Source: Octopus sinensis
Taxonomy: Eukaryota
Direction: 5' to 3'
Length of the DNA stretch: 64,000 nt
NCBI RefSeq assembly: GCF_006345805.1
Contig: NC_043007.1
Coordinates: 18,042,001 to 18,106,000, forward strand
Shown here in pieces: positions 25,493-39,412 of the stretch (the first letter of the stretch is position 1; the number at the start of each line of letters is the position of its first letter). The notes under the pieces are model-generated. The model was not told the DNA's origin. It made no database searches and was given only the letters and a program-made list of their open reading frames with translations. The translations under genes and the position numbers were made by a program.

Positions 25493-25896
25493 GGCAGCGA
25501 GCTGGCAGAATCGTTAGCACACCGGGCGAAATGCTTTGTGGTATTTCGTCTGCTGCTACGTTCTGAGTTCAAATTCTGCCGAGGTCAACATTGCCTTTCA
25601 TCCTTTCGGAGTCGATAAATTAAGTACCAGTTACGCACTGGGGTCGATGTAATCAGCTTGATCCATGTGTCTGTCCTCTCTGTGTTTAGCCTCTTGTGGG
25701 TAGTAAAGAAATAGGTATTTTGTCTGCTGTTACGTTCTGAGTTCAAATTTTGCCAAGGTCGACTTTGCCTTTCATCCTTTCGGGGTCGATTAAATATGTA
25801 CCAGTTACGCACTGGGGTCGATGTAATCGACTTAATCCCTTTGTCTGTCCTTGTTTGTCCCCTCTATGTTTAGCCCTTGTGGGCAATAAAGAAATA
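25493..25896 (+). mobile_element. Family N SINE dimer
   Basis: One head. The junction aaagaaata|ggtattt at 25713/25714 is the same as in the 4371-7529 array. Confidence 0.85.
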
Positions 25897-27303
25897 ATTA
25901 TTAATACTAGAAGGCAATATTTATATCCAACATGACATGAGTGTATTTTTAGAGACCTGTGTGCTTTTATGCATTGTGTGTCTTTATGAGAGGTCCTCTC
26001 AAGATAAATAATGCAGTATTTGGCCCTCTAACAATACATCCCCATTATATTTGGTATAAAGATTGGCTTGATTAGAGTATTGAATTGACTGAATAGCCTC
26101 CTTATTGAACTGGCTTGAAGTCTTGGAATATTCTCCAGAAGCATGTATGTGAACCATCACCATCTTCATCATTGTTGGCGTTGGCAGTGTTGGCGGCAGC
26201 ATCATTGGTGGTGACATTGGCATTAGCAGCATCAGGGTTGGCACTGGCTTTAGTGTTGCTGTCGTCAGTGACATCATCACCAGTCTTCCAGCATCGCCTT
26301 AATTTTGCTGGCTGAAATAAAATAAATTCTTTTATTCTTTTACTTGTTTCAGTTATTTGACTGCGGCCATGCTGGAGCACCGGCTTTAGCTGAACAAATC
26401 GACCCTGGGACTTATTCTTTGTAAGCCTAGTATTTATTCTATTGGTCTCTTTTGCCAAACCACTAAGTAATGGGGATGTAAACACACCAACATCATTGTC
26501 AAGCGATCGTGGGAAGGACAAACACATACACACACACATATAAACAATTGCAGCATGGAAGGTGTTTATAAGCCATTTAAGAAATACACAAAAACCGTTA
26601 GATTCATTGCAACATTTAAATTTAATTTTCCAAAATACTTTCGTCGCTTTGAGACCGTGACCCGTTCACTGACAAAATTCCAATGGGCTTCTTTCAGTTT
26701 CTGTCTACCAAATTCACTCACAAGACTTTACTTGACCCAAGGCCATAGTAGAAGACACTTGTCCAAGGTGACACATAGTGGGATTGAACTCGGAACCATG
26801 TGGTTGGGGAACAAGCTTCTTACCACACAGCCGCACCTGTGCCGGATTAAAAAAGCAAAAAACATAAACCTACCATAATTAGCTTCTTTGCTTGGAAATA
26901 TTGAACTTTTTTGTGCATTGGACTTTAAATCCCAGGCACACATTGTTCAAACACATGTGAGTTTTTTTTTTGTATTTGATAATGGAAATTTTCTGTAAGA
27001 TTATCAATATTATTTGTTATTCTTATATTTTATTTTGCCAATAAAATGTGCTTTATATTGACACTGTTGTGTTTCCTTATCCAACATCGAGCCTATTGTG
27101 AATTGTCTTTTTTTTGCTCTATTCAAGAATATGTATGAGAGATACTAAAAAAATCTAGATGACCAGATGGCTCTTTTGTCAATCAGAAGAGCCGTTTCTC
27201 AGGTCAGGTTTATTATAGATGGCTTATGTGTCATTTTCTTTCAAATGGTGATATTGAAACTTAATCTGACTGCTTATTATTAACTTCCAAAACCAGATGT
27301 TTA

Positions 27304-27698
27304 TCTATATCTATATATATAAAGCTGAAGTTGTCTGTGTGTGGCAGGTTTGGTAGCCTTCAACTAACACTATCTCCTCCGAGACCCTGTGGCGCAAGTT
27401 GACCAAACTTCAGAGTATGATAGAAGAAGGCTTGCTCTTCATTCCCTAGAAGATAAAATTCAAATCGGACCATGTTCAGACCAAAAATTATTTACATCAA
27501 TAAGGTGCTTTTTTTCTATGAAAATCCCAATTTTTACGATTTTTTGACTGCTGTGTTGCCATTTTTCAGTGTATTTCAACCAGAAAAATGTTCACTTAAA
27601 GAGAATAACAAGCTACATAATGCAAAATTTTTACTTTTCAAAAATTCCAATTCTAAAAGGTCAAAACAAACCTGAGCAACGCCGGGCGATACTGCTAG
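27304..27698 (+). mobile_element. Non-autonomous Helitron
   Basis: 5' a|TCTATAT(CTATATATATAAA), 3' GC-rich hairpin cctgagcaacgccggg followed by CTAG|t. No TIR or TSD. Confidence 0.7.
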
Positions 27699-28124
27699 TT
27701 AGTTATATGCATATGTATTGCACTGAGACCTATCTGGAGCTTTTTTTTTTTATATCATTGAGACTTTTGCTTACCATTGATATTTTTGTATCACCAGAAT
27801 AGCTAGAATGAGCACACAACTGAAAGAATATTTGAGAGAATGCAATAATCATTCTTCTCTGAGCAACTCTATGTAAAAATATTGTATCTTTTGAAACGGC
27901 ATTGTTGTTTGCAACAGACTGGCTTCCGTCTCTCAAATAACAGTCATGCAGCCTTTATCTTTTGTTTTAACATTCACTTCTCCATGGGTTGGACTGAATT
28001 TATTGTGGTGGATTTTCCATCACTTGATGCTCTTCCTGCTGCCAACCATCACCTGTTAGTAAGGTAATATTTCCCCAGGCATATTTCAGAGAATGTTGGG
28101 AATGAAGGTCACTATTTGCATTAT

Positions 28125-28515
28125 GGTGTTCTTCCATGGATAATGCTCGGCCACATACAGCAAGGATGACATTCCAATGGCTGGAGCAATTTCAATGGGA
28201 AACGATGCCCCACCCACCATATTCGCTGGACATTGCTCCATCTGACTATCATTTATTCTGCAGTCTTCAAAATCATTTGGACAGAAAAAATATGGATTCT
28301 GTAGATGAGGTCAGAACAGTAGTGGAGGAGTATTTTTCATCACAAACAAATGAATTTTGGAAGAGAGGCCTTGCAAGTCTACCAGTTAGATGGAAGAGGA
28401 TTGTAGGGAATGAAGAAGAGTATATTTTAGATTAAAAAAGAACTTTGTTTACCTTAATTTTGAAAAATAAAAGAAGTGTAAAAAAAAGCTGCATTATTTA
28501 TGGGATGACCCAATA
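28125..28515 (+). mobile_element. mariner transposase C-terminal remnant with 3' TIR
   Basis: ORF 28136-28435 contains DNARPHT and HPPYSLDIAPSDYHLF (DD34D-type). Ends ttatttatgggatgacccaata|TA. Confidence 0.9.
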
Positions 28516-29458
28516 TATATAGATATATACACACATATATAAATGGTAAAATGTGGCACGAGAGGACAGCAAAGGAACATATGGAAAATATGAAAAGACA
28601 CACCAAGGATATGGATATGTTTGCCCCTCATCATTTATTGAGTAAAAATCATCACAATTTTGACACCTTTTCAATAATGTTGCTAAATTCATGTTTTGTT
28701 GTGTTTATGCTTGTTCAAAACAAACAAAATCCAGGAAAGGAAGGGCTCCCCTTAGGAAACATACATCTGAAGAGTGAGTGGGGAAATGACCCACAAGGGA
28801 GGTGGGAGTAAGGCTGAAAAAGTAGGGTTCTAACTGGAGAGATACATAATAGGCAGTCCAGAGTCAAGACTAGTAGAGGGCCTATTCTTCATAGGGAGCT
28901 GAGAGTTTAAGAAAGTAAGTAAGGAAATTGACCTTGGCAGGATTTGAACCCAGAATGTAAAGAATTAGAAGAAATACTGCAAAGTAATTCAACTACTAAC
29001 GTCCTAATGATTCTGACAACCCACTGTGTTTGTTGTGCTAATAAAACTGTGCTGTCATTATCTTGTTTTGTGAGAAATTCTGTGCAAAATGAATACGCTG
29101 TTTGTTAATTTTATCCTATTAAGCCTTGTTTTATGTTGTCTGATAAAGTACAAGGCATTTACTCTTTGTTGTAAGTGCGTAATGAGCAGCTGGTGGGAGA
29201 ACACTGCTGTCATACTCGTACAGCGAAGTAACTGTCAGAGTTGTAAAAGTTTTACAACTCTCATATATTTGCAATCAAGTTTATAAATCTGACTGCACAC
29301 ACACACACACACACATATATGTGTATATGTAATATATAATGTATATGTATATTTACACATGCACACACAAACACATCTATCTATTTATGCATACATGTAC
29401 GCAATATATAATATAATATATATATGTGTATATATATATATATAAATAAATATATATG

Positions 29459-29504
<46 letters not shown>

Positions 29505-29534
29505 ATATATATATAAAATAAATATATTTATATG

Positions 29535-29572
<38 letters not shown>

Positions 29573-29919
29573 AATAAATAAATATATAAATATGTATGTA
29601 TATATATATATACATATATATGTGTGTATGTATATGTATTTATGTATATAAATGGCTGTGATGCATAGGAGCAGGTTGCAACTACGTTGAACAAACAACA
29701 TGAACTTACCCCTCTATACTTCATCACCCCTCCAAATCATAATAATAATAATAATCATAAATGAAAAATATTAAAAAATATGTAGAAAATATAAGACACA
29801 GCTGAAATTGAGAATCATAAGATAATATTTGATAAGCTGCCAAAGATCTTGATGTTTATTTTTTCTTAGCAGCTAAGTGCAGGCTAGTGTCAGTATAGTG
29901 CACCTGAGGTGCTTCACCA

Positions 29920-29958
<39 letters not shown>

Positions 29959-31344
29959 TATATATATAGGGAGAGAGAGAGAGAGAGAATGAAAAGTAAA
30001 CTTCACTGCAGTTAAAGTGCATTCAGAAATACTGTTTCCTCAATCTCCTCTTTTTACATTCCAATGTATAGCATACAACTGCTGCTTGCTCAATGGTAAG
30101 AAATATTGACTTTTACGATTGTTCAAAAGAGCAGTAATTAGGGAAAATTTCTAACAATGACAGGTTGATTTCTGTTAACTAGACATAAAAGCATTTTTTT
30201 CCTTTTTTTTAGGAGTGGAGGTTGTTGTGTAGCTCCAGGCCAGACCTTGATTGATTGAGCAAGCCACTGAAAGAGGCTCAATGTGGTTGCTTGACCTTCA
30301 AGAAATAGCAGCCAAATCTTCCTCTGACCAGATATCATCATCATCATCATTATTTTAATGTCTCCTTTTCCATGCTTTCATGTAGTTTATTGACGCAGAT
30401 TTTTCTCTGGTCAAATGCCTTTCCTGTCACCAACCCTCGCTTGGTTTCTAAGCAAGGTAATGTTTTCCCATGACCAGACATGTTCTCACAGATTCTAGGA
30501 TGCACCAGCCGTGTAGAGTCGATCTTGCACCGGCAAACGGGGAGCTAACCGTTGGCAGAAAGGAGCGACAAGAACATCCCTTCCAGGCGGTCACCTATGC
30601 CGATCAGCCACAATCCTACATAGTAGTTTCTACAATTAAACCCTTCAAGGCAATGCCCCAGTATGCCTACAGTACAATGACTGAAACAAAAAATAAAATA
30701 AACAAACATCTACAGCATATACTGAAGAGATAGTGTTTAAAGAGCAACAGATTGTGCAACACATTTAGAGCATTCACAAGTCCTACATTTGACCAATACA
30801 AAGAAACAACAACGATGTACAATACATTTAGATTTATTGTGGATTATTCTACCTGTGTTACCTACCATCCAATGTCTTCAAAATAAACATCTTCAAGTGG
30901 TCACAACGACCATATTTCAGCAATCCTAATCACCCCCATTCAGTTTTGGAAGGTCCTCAATTTCATGTTGTGTCCCTGTCAATAATATTGATGTAGTTGT
31001 ATAGTCTTTGTCTTCTCTAAGGGTCCAGAAGTCTCTAAAATATAACATTTAATATGGTTTGGTGTTCAGTACTATAAACTATGAAGGACATAAAACAGCA
31101 TACTTGACATCATGATAACTTACAAATAGATTACCTACATACAAAATTAAAATACAAGAAACCTGAAAAAATTAAAGACCTTTGCTAGGACATGCAGAAG
31201 GGTAAAGGTTGTTGTTGCAGTAAACCCCAATTCATTCAGTTACCGTTCTGTATGTCCAGTCACTTCTGAACACAACTACTATATTATCCTAAAGTCAGTA
31301 TCTCTCCCACATGGTTTAGATAAACATTATTTATTTTTCTTATA

Positions 31345-31596
31345 CGCCCATTTCAAGCCTAGCCAGGCTCATGGACCCGGTTTCCCGGTTTCTATGGTGT
31401 ATGTGTTCCCCTCAGCTGGACGGGAAGAAAGTCTGAGAGAAAGTTGAGGTGAAAGAGTACAACAGGGGTCGCCACCACCCCTGGAGCTTTTAGGTGTTTT
31501 TGCTCAATAAACACACACAACACCCGGTCTGGGAATCGAAACTGCGATCCTCCGACCGCAAGTCTGCTGCCCTAACCACTAGGCCATTGTGCCTCC
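31345..31596 (-). mobile_element. Family R SINE, short alternative 3' body
   Basis: Same head as 2410-2794, with a 3' end shared with 51737-52048. Confidence 0.75.
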
Positions 31597-32973
31597 ACTT
31601 TAGATAAACATATAACCACAAACATAAAAATAACAGTAACATCGATAATTTCATTAGTCTCATACCTCCCCTACCCCTAAACACCATGCCAAGATATGTA
31701 GCTGCAGTAAAAAATGCAATGGTTGGCAGGGTTACTTGGTTTGTGTTAGTTGTAGTCACCACTAGAAACTAGAAGAGATATGCTTAAGATCAGATTAGAC
31801 AGAGAAGAGAAAGCAATAAGACAAGACTACATGCACTCCATGTAAGAGAATAACCAACATACATACAGTTTAATAACTTATACTTACACCACACTTATAA
31901 GTTAAGTTTACACAACACTCACTCACCCACTCATATACAAATTATGTTTGAACTGCGTACTCTTCTACAGACCTTACATTTATAACATACACACACACTT
32001 TTCATATGTAACATTTACAAGTTTGGAAATACAAATACATACAACCATGTTGATTTAATTGTTATCCTAATTAGTTTCCATTAATGTGATTAGGTTTGGC
32101 TGTTAGCCAATTATTTACTCTGTATAGAATTTCCACTCAAAGCTATTCCCTATCCAATCATCTGTGGAGGATAGCATATTTATTCATTATCAGTGGGAAG
32201 CCACATTACAGTCAATGATATCCTATTATATTTGCCTTTATTGTTTATCACACATTATGGTAAAGCTTACAGCCATTAGGAAAGTAGCATTAAAAAGTGA
32301 ATAAAATTACAAGAACAAAATAAGATAATCTGTAATTTATTTCTATTACTAGTGAATGGCAGAATTGTTAAGGATATTAAAGAAAAGACCTTACAGTATT
32401 TAGCTATGGCACTTTACGTTCTGAGTTCAATTCCTATGGAGGTCAACTTCATCTTTTATTCCTCCAGGGTCAATTAACACAAAAAAAAACAATCAAATTG
32501 TTTGGGGGTCAATTTAATGGACTAAACTCGTCACCCAAACTCCAGCCCTTGTACCTATAAGTCAAACAAGTACTGAGTTAATTTAATCATCTATACCCTC
32601 ATCTAAAACAAAGTGGAGTGAGGTATTTAATTTCATCCCTTTTCTACATTCTGAGTTCAAATCCAACATAGAGGAACTTTGCTTTTCTTCTTTCTGCAGC
32701 AGATCCTTCCCCATCCCCAAATGTGGCCCTGTGCCTGTGTTACAAATCATTGAAGAAAGTGACTGGCAGAAATGTTAAAGTATAGATAAAATGCTTTCTG
32801 GGATCTATTTATGGCCCCTTATGCTCTGAATTCAAATCCCACAGTTTGGCAAAAAAGAAACAACAGAATAATTACCAGACTAAAGGAAATTTGACCAACT
32901 AAACCAAGCATGGAAAGCTTTTTGGAGAAGTGGGCCATGAGACATAACTTGTCATCTGGTAGGCCACATTACT

Positions 32974-33201
32974 TATTTCTTTACTACCCACGAGGGGCTA
33001 CACACAGAGGGGACAAACAAGGACAGAGAAACGGATTAAGTTGATTATATTGACCCCAGTGCGTAACTGGTACTTATTTAATTGACCCCGAAAGGATGAA
33101 AGGCAAAGTTGACCTCGACGGAATTTGAACTCAGAACGTAGCGGCAGACAAAATACCGCTAGGCATTCCGCCCGGAGTGCTAACATTTCCGCCAGCTTGC
33201 C
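32974..33201 (-). mobile_element. Family N SINE monomer
   Basis: Matches 3561-3791. Confidence 0.85.
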
Positions 33202-33270
33202 TTTTTTTTTTTTAGGTATGCCATTTAGAAAGTCCTGCAGGTTAGTTTGCCTGTAACTTGACTGAAAACT

Positions 33271-33570
33271 GGCATTCCATTGGTTACAAAGGGCATTTCA
33301 GGTGATCCCATCAATGGAACAGCCTGCTTGTGAAATTAATGTGCAAGTGGCGGAGTAATCCACAGATATGCATATCCTTCATGTAGTTCTCAGCAAGATT
33401 CAGTGTGATACAGAATGCAACAAGGCTGACCCTTTGAAATGTAGGTGCAACTCATTTTTACCAGCTGAGTGGACTGAAGCAACGTGAAATAAAGTGTGTT
33501 GCTCACTGGGAATCGAACTCATGTCCTTATGATTGCGAGCTGAATACCCAAACCAATAAGCCAGTCACCT
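33271..33570 (-). mobile_element. SINE with the head of 16615-16940 and the 3' body of 2410-2600
   Basis: cagctgagtggactgaagcaacgtgaaataaag is shared with ~16820-16860. ccctttgaaat...gtagttctc...gtgaaattaa is shared with ~2470-2600. Confidence 0.65.
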
Positions 33571-33572
33571 TG

Positions 33573-34103
33573 CATCTGTGCTAGCAGGGTGCAAAAGAGC
33601 ACCATACGAGTGTGATCGTTGACAGGGCAGCTAACCAGCTTCCGTGCCAGTGGCACATAAAAGGCACCATTCGAGTGTGATCGTTACCAGCATCGCCTTA
33701 CTGGCACTTGAGCCCCATGCTAATAGGGTACTAAAAGCACCATCCGAGCATGATTGTTGCCAGAGCGGCTAACTGGCTTCCATGCTGGTGGCACGTAAAA
33801 GGCACTTTTCGAGTGTGATCGTTACCAGCATCGCCTTACTGGTACCTGTGCCAGTGGCATGTGTAAAAAGATTCGAGCTAGGTCGTTGCCAGTACCACCT
33901 GACTGGCCCCTGTGCCGGTGGCACGTAAAAGCACCCACTACACTCATGGAGTGGTTGGCGTTAGGAAGGGCATCCAGCTGTAAAAATTCTGCCAGATCAA
34001 GATTGGACCTGGCGCAGCCATCTGGTTCGCCAGTCCTCAGTCAAATCGTCCAACCCATGCTAGCATGGAAAGCGGACGTTAAACGATGATGATGATGATG
34101 ATG
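33573..34103 (+). mobile_element. Family M SINE
   Basis: VNTR units, conserved block and (GAT)n tail. Confidence 0.85.
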
Positions 34104-35067
34104 AAATAAAAGAATCTCATTTATATCTGCTTCGTCATCTTAGTTTCGAACATGCAGTCTCAATGATTGTAGGGATTCACTTGGTAGATTAAGCTGAAAT
34201 ACTATGAATTTGATAGTATTTCAGCTTAATCTGCATTCGTTAAAAATTTGTTTTATTCACTTATTTAATTTCAGTAACTGACTAACTACTCAAAAACTTA
34301 TTACAAACAGTTAACACTGGAAATCCTAATGGTTCATTTGACCTGCTAGAAATAGTAGTCAAACCTCCACCCTACTGCTGTAGCTCTCAAATGTTTTTCC
34401 TTTGTGGCATAGTAGAGATTGAACAAAAGATTCTGAGAAAACCCCAAAAAACTGCATTTAAATAAAAACAAACAATTCACAAAAATAACTTTTTTATGCT
34501 TAATATTTTTAGATGGGGTTTTCCCCAAAATATTCTTTTATTTGAGTTCAAATAATATTATCTTTGTCTTAAAAAAAATCAAAAGTATTTTAATTTTTAA
34601 AAAATTATAACCTTTTATTTCATCATTTAATGTCACACAACTTCTTTTGTTGCAAATATTTTTTTGACAAGGTTTCCACAATAAGATTCTTCTCAAAGAG
34701 CTCTTTCATCTTTCATCTTTCATCTGTAGTAAATCTTGAACACACACACACACACAAAAAGAAAAAGAAAAAGAAAAAGCAGCTAAATAAGTTGCTGCAG
34801 AAAATTGAAACCTGCATCTCTAAAACTCCTGCTAAATGCTCTGTACCATTTAAGCTCCCAACGTCGCTTGGCAACTGATGCTGGTGTTTACATCCCCGTA
34901 ACTTAGCGGTTTGGCAAAAGAGACTGATAGAATAAGTACTAGGCTTACAAAGTCCTAGGGTCAATTTTGACTAAATGCGGTGCTCCAGCATGGCCACAGT
35001 CAAATGACTGAAGCAATTAAAAGAATAAGAGTATGTATATATGTGTGTGTGAGTATAAATGTAATGA

Positions 35068-35138
35068 CTGCTATAGCCCTGGGCTAATCAAAGCCTGGTG
35101 AGTAGTTTTGGTGGACAGAAACTGAAAGAGGCCCATCA

Positions 35139-35190
<52 letters not shown>

Positions 35191-35460
35191 TATGTATATG
35201 TGTGTAAGTGTGTGAATATTTGTGTCTCCTTGCCTTGACATCACATGATAGTTGTAAAATAATTGTTACTGTCACAGTGTCATTCATTTCCAATCTTCTG
35301 TGGAAACATGCCTGGTGATGGGGAAATATAAACTTGCTTGGAAATAGGTGAAGGTCAGTGACAGAAAGAGCATCCAGCCAATATAAAATATGTCTCAGTA
35401 AACTCTGCCTAACCCATGCAAGCATGGAAAAGTGGATGTTAAACTGATGATGATGATGAT
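35068..35460 (+). mobile_element. Family C CORE-like segment joined to an alternative (GAT)n-tailed 3' module
   Basis: ctatagcc...gaaactgaaagag, then (TA)n, then a module also seen reversed at ~27980-28117, ~30340-30500 and ~46690-46800. Confidence 0.65.
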
Positions 35461-36030
35461 ATACAACACAAACAGGCTTCCATACTTTAAACTTATAACA
35501 GATTACATCATAGGTATAATTCTGTTCATTCCATATTTATCCTTGTGAAATTGAGAACAAAATGGCATTTGTGAGTGATGTTTTATATATGTGCCATTGA
35601 AATTGAGGCTACCTAAATGGAATTTTGAATTATGAAGTCTTTCAAATGAACTTTTCCATTGATTGGTAGCTACTAACTATTCTTTTGTTCATATTTGGTA
35701 CATCAAAACGAGAGAAGAAAATCAAAATATTTAAACATAAGCAACAAAGTAAAACTTCTTTAACGCCTAATAAATACCATTCTTCAACTGAAAATTGATC
35801 TTTTTGATCTCAATTTACTTTACATACTATTTCCATCTGGCAAATTCATTCACAAGGCATTGGTCAGTCTGGGGTTATAACTGAAGACATTTGCCCAATG
35901 TGCTACACAGTGGGACTGAACCTAAAACCACAGGTTTGCAATGTAAGCTTCTTAATGACACAGCTGTGCCAAATTAAGCCTTTTTGTTTTTTTATCCTTC
36001 TTAGTAACACTAGTTTGACTTTATTAACTA

Positions 36031-36061
<31 letters not shown>

Positions 36062-37113
36062 TACAACTATTTTATTTTTTGGTTAAGAGTCAAAAAACCT
36101 ATATATTAAGCAGTATTGGTATTAGAACCAAGTTCAACCTATAACTTCCTGGTCCAAGTCAAATACCAACATTTTCACAATTTTTATGGCACAGATTTCT
36201 GTTTTCTTCACTATGCACAAAGGTTGGATACTGTCCAGCTCAAGTGGTGAAATTTTCCTCAGTCACATGTCACTCTGACAAAAATGTTGAGATGTTTTGA
36301 GGCCAGGAATTACAATAGCAATGAATGAATACTCTTACAGTGGCTGTTTCATTTGCTTAAGATTTGGCTGCAGAGTGTTAATAATATAGAAGGCATACTT
36401 CAAAGCTCAACGTAAGAAATTCAGTCAAATACTTCTGTTACTGATTTTGGAAATGTGATTCAAAGTTGTTTAATTATATGTTGAGGCAACAAAGCAGGAG
36501 AATAACACCAATAATTATATAAAGTTTAATAATTACAATGGCTGAAATAATTGAAGACAACTTGGCTGAAAACAGTTCCATCAAATTTTATTACTCCAAG
36601 TGTTAAACTATAATAATGAAAACAAAATAGTCTGCATAAATAGACAATTTCAATATTAGAATTCTTTTAATGTCATGTATTTACCTGTTTGTTTAAAGAA
36701 CCTGAAAATATATCAAACGTTCCAATGTACAGCCACATAGTGAGATCATTTAATACCGAGAGGAGCTGGAAAGACTCCTAAAGTTTTACTACTACTTATA
36801 GAAAAATAAATATTGGGTTTCCTCTAAATGTTTTAACATTCAGGCCTAATATTTCAAATATCTGTCTGTGTAATTGATCCACAGAGGAAACTTGACAAAT
36901 TCAAGACTAGTAACATCTGGTTTTTTAAAGATAGGTTTATTCTTAGACTACAGACAAACAGCTAATGAAAAGATTTAAATAATATCTCTACAGGTATGCA
37001 CTTGTTACAGCTTCTCTCAGATCATTAGCTGCTTGTTCTGTCCAGCCCGACTGATATGTATAAATAGTCACAGTAGGATTATGGGCATCCATTAATCCAA
37101 ACACGTCTCCATG

Positions 37114-37274
37114 AATAATAATAATAATGATAATAATATTAATAATAATAATGATAATAATAATATTAATAATAATGATAATAATAATATTAATAATAAT
37201 GATAATAATATTAATAATAATGATAATAATATTAATAATAATAATAATGATAATAATAATGATAATAATAATAA
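37114..37274. repeat. (AAT)n microsatellite with GAT/ATT interruptions
   Basis: Directly visible. Confidence 0.95.
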
Positions 37275-37842
37275 AAACTTTAGCAATTCAATCAGAATAG
37301 TGTTAAATTTGTTTCACAACTAAAATTTATACTGGAGATGAACAAAAGCAAGAAGGAAACATTTTTGTAACAAAGCAGCTGATTTGTAAACATGTAGCAG
37401 GTAAAAAAAAAAAAAAAAAAGGTAGAGAAGGAAGCGGCAAAGAAAGAACAAGTAAGAAGAAATAAAAGAATTTTGTTATAGTATGAAAGTAGAACAACTA
37501 TTGGGTGAAATTCTTTATTATGATATCAACAGTAACAACGTTTGTTCCAGAAATCAATGCATTTTTTTTTTTTTTTTTTTTTGAAGAGTAAACCTTTGAA
37601 TATTGTAAAATTAATAATAGCAAATACATTCTGTGGGAAGAGAAGAAGGAGACGTACTTTATTTTGATATTGCATAATTTTTAACAGTTTTGTCACCAGG
37701 ACTCTCAGATTGACACAAATGGTAAGAGGGGGGGTTGTAGTCAGCACCATTATCAGAAGGGGAGGGGGAGGAGGGGGGGGAAATGAAAACAAAAACAAAC
37801 GAAAGTCAACAGCAACAATAAAACAGGGAAACACAAAAACCA

Positions 37843-37886
37843 ATATATATATATATACATATATCTAATATACATATGTATATAAT

Positions 37887-37918
<32 letters not shown>

Positions 37919-38092
37919 ATATTACATATGTATATAATTATATATATATAATATACAATATACATATGTATATAATTATATATATATATATAATATACAA
38001 TATACATATGTATATAATTATATATATATACAATATACATATGTATAATTATATATATATATATATATATATATACAATATACATATGTATA

Positions 38093-38128
<36 letters not shown>

Positions 38129-38507
38129 ATACATATGTATATAATTATATATATATTATATATATATAATATACAATATACATATGTATATAATTATATA
38201 TATATATATATAATATACATATATATATATATTATATATATATATAATAATATACATATGTATATAATTATATATATATATAATAATATATATATATATA
38301 TACAATATACATATGTATATAATATATATATATATATATATACAATATACATATGTATATATTATATATATATATAATATAATATACAATATACATATGT
38401 ATATAATTATATATATATATATAATATACAATATACATATGTATATAATTATATTATAATATACATATGTATATATATATAATAATATACATATGTATAT
38501 AATTATA

Positions 38508-38547
<40 letters not shown>

Positions 38548-38565
38548 ACATACATATATATATAT
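37843..38565. repeat. AT-rich minisatellite with palindromic core ATATACATATGTATAT
   Basis: About 15 copies of the core, separated by TATAATTATA and variable (TA)n. Confidence 0.9.
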
Positions 38566-38884
38566 CACTGATGCATAGCAGCCTGTCAATAAAATAGACT
38601 TGAGTTAGAAAAAAAAGTGTTCAGTAATAAGGTTCCAAGAAACATTTATGGAAGAACTTTTAGAATTTTCTGTCATTTGTAATGGAAGAACTGAAACAGA
38701 AGTTTGCTTCCATTTTCCACATGACATCATACAATGGATGTTGACATCTATAGTGGTGGCCACTATAGAGCATCAGCCCATCTTAAGTAATAAGGCAACA
38801 GTGTCAGGTAAACGTTACTAAGCAGTCGTAGCTCTAACTCAAAACTTATATAACAGCAACTAATTTACTACTAAATTATTGTTA

Positions 38885-39412
38885 CATGCATACATACACA
38901 CACACACACATATATATATATACACACATATGTACATACATATATATATGTGTAATATATATATATATATAATTATATATATACATACACACACACACAC
39001 ACATATATATATATACACACATATGTACATACATATATATATATGCATGTAATATATATATATATATAATTATATATATACATACACACACATATATATA
39101 TGTACATGTGTAATGTATATACATACATATATATGCACATGTGTACATATACATATGTACATACATATATATATGCGTGTAATATATATACACATAGACA
39201 TATATATGCACATGTGTAATGTATATATATATACACACACACACACATATATACATACATACATATATATATATGCATGTAATATATATATATATATGCA
39301 TGTAATATATATATATATATATATATATACATACACATATATATGCACATGTGTAATGTATATATACACTTACACACACACATAGACACACACACACATA
39401 TACAGACACACA
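38885..39412. repeat. Compound (CA)n/(TA)n microsatellite
   Basis: Directly visible. Confidence 0.9.

Noticed and set aside
26102-26539. Ala/Asn/Asp-rich coding exon
   Set aside because: The ORF starts inside a SINE, and the remainder is decayed trinucleotide-like sequence with no recognisable domain.
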